64,000 nucleotides of DNA from NCBI GenBank assembly GCA_964016885.1, contig OZ024744.1:24738001-24802000 (forward strand), written 5' to 3'. The DNA comes from Eledone cirrhosa (taxonomy: Eukaryota). The notes under the pieces are model-generated. The model ran no database searches. It was given only the letters and a program-made list of their open reading frames with translations, and was not told where the DNA came from. Position numbers and translations under genes: made by a program. Below are positions 57,463 through 64,000 of the stretch, piece after piece. Within the stretch, counting starts at the first letter, position 1. Every line of letters starts with the position of its first letter.

Positions 57463-57684
57463 TATGTACACATACACACATATATATATATATACACATA
57501 CACACACACATACATATGTGCACATACACACATACATATGTACACACACACATACATATGTGCACATACACACTTACATATGTACACACACACATACATA
57601 TACACACACACACACATCCATATGTACACACACATACATATACATATACACATACACACACAAATACACACATACATACACACA

Positions 57685-57737
<53 letters not shown>

Positions 57738-58571
57738 CAGACACACAGGTACACACGCACATACACAAACACTTACACGTGCATCTGGACTCACAATACA
57801 CGCAATGCACATATAATAACATATTTACACACACACACACACACGTGTGTGTGTGTGTGTGTAAATATATATAGATAGATGGATATAGATATATATAAAT
57901 ATATGTGTGTGTGTATAAATATGTTTACATATATATATATACATACACACAGACACACACACATATATCATATGTGTGTGTGTGTGTGTACATATGTATA
58001 TATGTGTATGAGTGTTTATGAGTTGTATATGTGTATGTGTGAATTAGATGATGTGTGATAAGTAGGAGTGTGTGTTAATGATTACACCAGACTGTCATCT
58101 ATCTCCCTCTCCCACCCCGCCATCTTCCTCTCTATCTATCTACCCTCCCCTCTCTCTCTATTTATCTACCCCCTCTCTCTCTACCTATCTACCCCCTTTC
58201 TCTCTCTGTCTCTCTCTCTATTTCTGTACAGACTGAACACTTTCTCTCTTTAGCACAAACGCTCACACCATCAAACACTCAAAGAAATACACACACGCAC
58301 ACTCACTTAAAGACACTGGAGCCACGATCATATCGTCGCTGGTTCGATTCTAGAGCCAGATACTTCATTTCACATTGCTTGTCATAATAGCACTGGGGGT
58401 CTCTATCATTAAACACACAAGAACTTTCCTATAAGATACAACCTTGTAAAGAGGCGGCCAACTAAACGTCCGTAGGTGTGACCTGTGACAACAATATGTT
58501 GACTTTTGAAATATCCTATGTAACAACCCGTTCAGGGTGAGAGCACCGACTCTGCTTAAACTTTAATCTGT

Positions 58572-58611
<40 letters not shown>

Positions 58612-58767
58612 TATATATATATATGCATATTTATATATATATATATTTTCACACACATATATATATATGCATATTTATATATATACACACACACATATAT
58701 GTGTATACATATATACACACACACACATATATATGTATACATATATATATATATACTCACACACATA

Positions 58768-58835
<68 letters not shown>

Positions 58836-58881
58836 GAGATTATATTTAATTTGTTGGTATTCAACAAGCTTAAAAATATAA

Positions 58882-58945
<64 letters not shown>

Positions 58946-58964
58946 ATACATACATATATATATT

Positions 58965-58995
<31 letters not shown>

Positions 58996-59216
58996 GTGTG
59001 TGTGTGTGTTCCCAGTGGTCTCCACACACGTGCGAGGTATATATCTAACCCACCCGTCAAATACAAACACCTGTTTGTTTACAACTAGTTCGGGTGTCTG
59101 ATATGTTGAACCAGAGATATTGGCCACCCGTTTGTTGCGTTTTCAATCAATGATATTGCCCCCCCCCCCCTCCAATCATTACATATTTCAATCTGGTACC
59201 TACATTATCGATCTTG

Positions 59217-59263
<47 letters not shown>

Positions 59264-59716
59264 GTGTGTGTGTGTGTGAATTATTTGGACAATATCTTTT
59301 TATGAGACAGAACGCCACATGAAATGTAATCAGACCAATGTATTGATGGTTCTGTTCATTAACAGTACTCAATAAACAGGTGGTGGGGTAGTGTTGGTGG
59401 TGGTGGTGGGGTAGTGTTGGTGGTGGTGGTGGGGTAGTGTTGGTGGTAGTGGTGGTGTAGGTGGAGTAGTGACGGTTGTGGGGTAGTGTTGGTGGTGTTG
59501 GTGGTTGTGGGGTAGTGTTGGTGGTGGTGGTGGGATAGTGATGGTTGTGGTGGTGTAGGTGGAGTTGTGGAGATGGTCGGGTGGTTGTGGTGGGGTATTG
59601 GTGGTGATGGTGGTGATAGTGGTGGTAATGGTGATGGTGGTAGTGGTGGTGATGGTGGTGTTATGTCCAAAGACTGAATAAAAAGAAAATGTGTTTAGTT
59701 AGTTACCCCATATATG

Positions 59717-59756
<40 letters not shown>

Positions 59757-59825
59757 TTACCCCATATATGTATATATATATATATATATATTACCCCATA
59801 TATGTATATATATATATATATTACC

Positions 59826-60024
59826 CCATTACTGTTGGAAGCTCCCGGGAGCTTCCAACAGTAATGGTTGCATTCTTTAAGGGTTTGTCAATATTTATTT
59901 ATAAAACTGATCTATATTATATTTTATCTGATGAAAGCATACCATAATTTAATTTGGTGTCCTTGAAATATGTATAATGAAATAAATATAGCTTTATAAA
60001 TATAGTTTCCATTTGTTAATATCG

Positions 60025-60025
<1 letters not shown>
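59826..60025 (+). mobile_element. Family F element with 42 bp perfect palindrome at 5' junction
   Basis: CCATTACTGTTGGAAGCTCCC|GGGAGCTTCCAACAGTAATGG 59826-59867; body homologous to 32097-32235 (minus). Confidence 0.7.
59920..59984 (+). ncRNA. Hammerhead ribozyme motif (family F)
   Basis: UAUUUUAU/AUGAAAUA helix I, CUGAUGA 59928-59934, AAGcAUACCA/UGGUGUcCUU helix II, GAA-AUAUGUAU-A, predicted cut after 59976. Confidence 0.72.
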
Positions 60026-60056
<31 letters not shown>

Positions 60057-60066
60057 CCCGTATATG

Positions 60067-60146
<80 letters not shown>

Positions 60147-60150
60147 CCCC

Positions 60151-60190
<40 letters not shown>

Positions 60191-60194
60191 TACC

Positions 60195-60300
<106 letters not shown>

Positions 60301-60508
60301 TTAAAAGAATAGAGGTGTAACACACAAGTTATTATATATTGGTAAACGGAATAGAAAATGCTGACAAATTGTTCACAGTGAAAAATAGTTTAATTAGGAA
60401 TAAGTGAGAATTAGTAATTATATTGGTTAGTATTCAGTTTTGGTTTTAAGTTTTACCGCTTGCGCATTTCTAATGCTTTTCAAAAGTAATTTTGAGATAG
60501 AACGTCCG

Positions 60509-60569
<61 letters not shown>

Positions 60570-60589
60570 TATAAATATATATTACCCCA

Positions 60590-60662
<73 letters not shown>

Positions 60663-60671
60663 CCCCATATA

Positions 60672-60729
<58 letters not shown>

Positions 60730-60734
60730 TGGGG

Positions 60735-60768
<34 letters not shown>

Positions 60769-60770
<2 letters not shown>

Positions 60771-60969
60771 CGAAGGAAAAGTGGTAAGGAACCAGGTGGA
60801 CCATAACGCACCAAAGTACTCAATACTTAGGGTAGTAGAGTGGGTAATAGGAGTAAGTAAGACCCCGACGGCTGAGCTCAAGCCGTTTCGACGGCTAATT
60901 CTGTACTCAGTACAGAATTAGCCGTCGAAACGGCTTGAGCTCAGCCGTCGGGGTCTTACTTACTCCTAT
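60769..60969 (-). mobile_element. Family C fold-back element (perfect 61 bp arms, 60847-60969)
   Basis: Palindrome centred on 60908; unique tail to the left; (TA)n both sides. Confidence 0.85.
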
Positions 60970-61071
60970 ATATATATATATATATATACATAATACATAC
61001 ATACTTACATATATACACCACATACATATATATATTTATAAATATATGTGAAACAAGGAATTATTGTTCAA

Positions 61072-61265
61072 ACGGTGGATTTGCAGTATCGGTAGAGAGT
61101 CGGACACCATGCTTTGAAGCATAGAGTTACGTCCCTTTACGTTCTGAGTTCAAATCCCGCCGAGGTTAACTTTGCCATTCATCCTTACGGTGGTCGATAA
61201 AATAAAGTACCAGTAATACACTGGGATAATTTGCTAGACTTGTGCCTATAGTAGAAACAATTATT
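61072..61265 (+). mobile_element. tRNA-derived SINE copy
   Basis: Matches 18498-18672. Confidence 0.8.
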
Positions 61266-61767
61266 ATTCAAACGTGTAACTTACATTTCACTAGTTAATG
61301 TTTATTTACATACACACATATATGTGCGTATGTGTGTGAGTGTGTGTAGCGAGAACGATTGGTGTATAATACATATTAAATGGAAGGCAAATATGTAAAG
61401 TTTGCAATTACACAGTCATATATACATGTGTAAATACATATATAGTTAAATATATAATTATATATATGTGTCTTATGTGTATATATATATATATATATAT
61501 GCTTAAAGTGTGCTTATACTATGTATATAAATAATTAATCATATATTTATGAATATATGTATTTAAAGATCTATGTGCGAGTATATAAAAAGGTACATAC
61601 ATAAACATGTATGTACCCGTATATATATATCAAAATGGATGCAGTAAATACCTGTTTAACCATTACTCACCAGAGTACTTGATACTTGGGGTGGTAGAGT
61701 GGGTAATAGGAAGGATTGGTGTCCCGAATCTTTAATATATCCATATACATACAAATACATCCACATG

Positions 61768-61889
<122 letters not shown>

Positions 61890-61922
61890 TAAGTATGCTT
61901 TGAAACAGTGTGCAAGTTTGAA

Positions 61923-62039
61923 ATTAGAAAATAGAAGCTTTCGCCGTATTTTTTTACTAAAGAATTTTAGCCTGATAGAGTGGTCTAGAACCCTAAAGTT
62001 TCTGTAATAAAAAAATACGGTGAAAGCTTCTGTTTTCTA

Positions 62040-62041
<2 letters not shown>
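61923..62041. repeat. Hairpin with ~34 bp imperfect inverted arms
   Basis: attagaaaatagaagctttcgccgtattttttta / taaaaaaatacggtgaaagcttctgttttctaat. Confidence 0.7.
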
Positions 62042-62073
<32 letters not shown>

Positions 62074-62074
62074 G

Positions 62075-62108
<34 letters not shown>

Positions 62109-62149
62109 ATATTCAACTAAATATATATATTATGGAAATAACGTCATCA

Positions 62150-62300
62150 AGACGTTCCTGATGATTCTTATGAATGATACATTTCTAGTCCTGTAGGAGT
62201 CATTCTATAATAAAATTAATATACCTATACTCGAGCAACATATTGGCTACCTTATTTGACAGTAGTCACTTCCCAGTTTTCATGTGGATCCCTACATATT
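62150..62300 (+). mobile_element. Diverged family A copy with decayed HHR
   Basis: ttcCTGATGAttcttatgaatGATACatttctagtcctGTAgga. Confidence 0.55.
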
Positions 62301-62395
62301 ATATATAGGAGTCGGGTATATAACAGTACCAGAACACTGAGCCACCCACATGTGAAACAGTCGTAATATATAAAGACCGTAATGCGAAACTTCAC

Positions 62396-62433
<38 letters not shown>

Positions 62434-62993
62434 GGAAAAAATGAAACGAAATTTCATATATATATATATATGTATGTATATGTATGTATGTATATGTATG
62501 TATATGTATATGTATGTATATGTATATGCGCGTGTGTCGAGGGAGAAAGAGAGATGTTTCTAGATACACAACGTGTATCTAAACAGTGTTGTTAAACAGT
62601 AATATTTATACTGTTAATATATATATTTAATATATATATGTGTATGTGTATGTGTGTGTGTATGTGTGTGTGTGTGTGTGTATGTGTGTGTGTATGAAGT
62701 ATATGAGGTAGGTGAGATATATATAAAGGTGACCAACGGCCACCTGTTGTAACTCAATTTCACGCTAGTTTAAGTTAACAGGAATGCTATACAAAACTGT
62801 CAATACGTTTAAGGGCGCTGACTATACAATCCAACATTTGCATATTGACGTGTGTATAAGTCAGTGTGTGTATACAATTGTATATATATATAAATAAAAG
62901 GAATATACACGTATACACTCATACACACAGACACAGACATATGTAAATATATATGTATATACACGTATACACTCACACACACACATATATATG

Positions 62994-63025
<32 letters not shown>

Positions 63026-63258
63026 CGTCATAAACAAACATAAGTTTACGCCCCCCTCCTGTATTTACCAAGTATATTATAATTCCATGTAACTGACAGT
63101 AGTTTCACATTGTAATAGTATTGAGTTCTTTATTCAGTCAACGGTCGTTGTTTTTATTTTTGTTGTGCATGAAAAATCACTTCATTTATATCCCAATTGA
63201 CACGGACACAACCACATATATATATATATATATATGTCTATCTCTGTATATATATATA

Positions 63259-63453
63259 TAGCGAGGGAAAAGTGGTAAGGAACCAGGTGGACCATAACGC
63301 ACCAAAGTACTCAATACTTAGGGTAGTAGAGTGGGTAATAGGAGTAAGTAAGACCCCGACGGCTGAGCTCAAGCCGTTTCGACGGCTAATTCTGTACAGA
63401 ATTAGCCGTCGAAACGGCTTGAGCTCAGCCGTCGGGGTCTTACTTACTCCTAT
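63259..63453 (-). mobile_element. Family C fold-back element (perfect 58 bp arms, 63338-63453)
   Basis: Palindrome centred between 63395 and 63396; near-identical to 60769-60969 apart from the centre. Confidence 0.85.
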
Positions 63454-63749
63454 ATATATATGTATATATATATATATATGTATATATATACTGTAGTAAA
63501 AGTTTGGTAGAAATATCCAATGGTAAGAGCACTCAGTCTATAGGACGAGTTTATATATATATTTTTTTCTTTCAGAAATTTATACATATATACACACATA
63601 GTCTCTTTCTCTATCTAACACACAGACACATATACATATATATGTAATGGCTGACTGAATACACACGTGTTTTTTCTCAGAAACGTTTTTCTGTTCCTGT
63701 CTCGTCTCAGTTTTTATCTTTCTATTTCATCTTTTATTTTCCCACTCTA

Positions 63750-63790
63750 TCTTCTGACGAAGGACTAGTGTCAAAAACGTCAAAACACTT
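63750..63790 (+). ncRNA. Decayed minimal hammerhead motif
   Basis: CUGACGA-ag-GAC-UAGU-GUC-aAAAACGUC; core G of GAAA lost. Confidence 0.35.
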
Positions 63791-64000
63791 TTTTCCTACT
63801 ATATTAAGCGTCAAACTAATATATTTCTTGATTGTACTGTGTCATTTGTTTTGTTATTTCTGTTGGGAGGTGGGTGTTTAAACACGCGCGCACACACACA
63901 AACACTCATATATATATACATATATATATATATATTGTTATACTTTGGGAGGGTCATGTTTGTGTTGTCTGTGTGGTGTGTATGTATTTGTCTGAGTGAC

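Overview
Eukaryotic, extremely microsatellite-rich DNA with no recognisable host protein-coding gene. The tRNA-derived SINE copies resemble, from memory, octopod cephalopod SINEs (inference). Nearly all listed ORFs are translations of simple repeats. Main contents: (1) a ~17 kb CCA-rich minisatellite (536-17455) built on a conserved palindromic core GATTGGT-ATAA-ACCAATC, with higher-order duplications and a late switch to a ~110 bp unit; (2) a near full-length, frameshifted L1/Tx1-type LINE (25021-30610, minus) flanked by (GACA)n; (3) a head-to-head inverted Penelope-like element (RT + C-terminal GIY-YIG, 32692-37530) whose two arms carry different lesions; (4) fragments of Neptune-like PLE, RTE and CR1 LINEs, and several SINEs. 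The most notable signal is not visible in the ORF track: about a dozen type I hammerhead ribozyme (HHR) motifs from at least six unrelated short families, mostly inserted in (TA)n tracts as tandem, inverted or snap-back structures. One family is palindromic exactly about the predicted ribozyme helix II, and one HHR has a non-canonical CAGAAGA core. All folds were assigned by eye; boundaries inside repeats are approximate.
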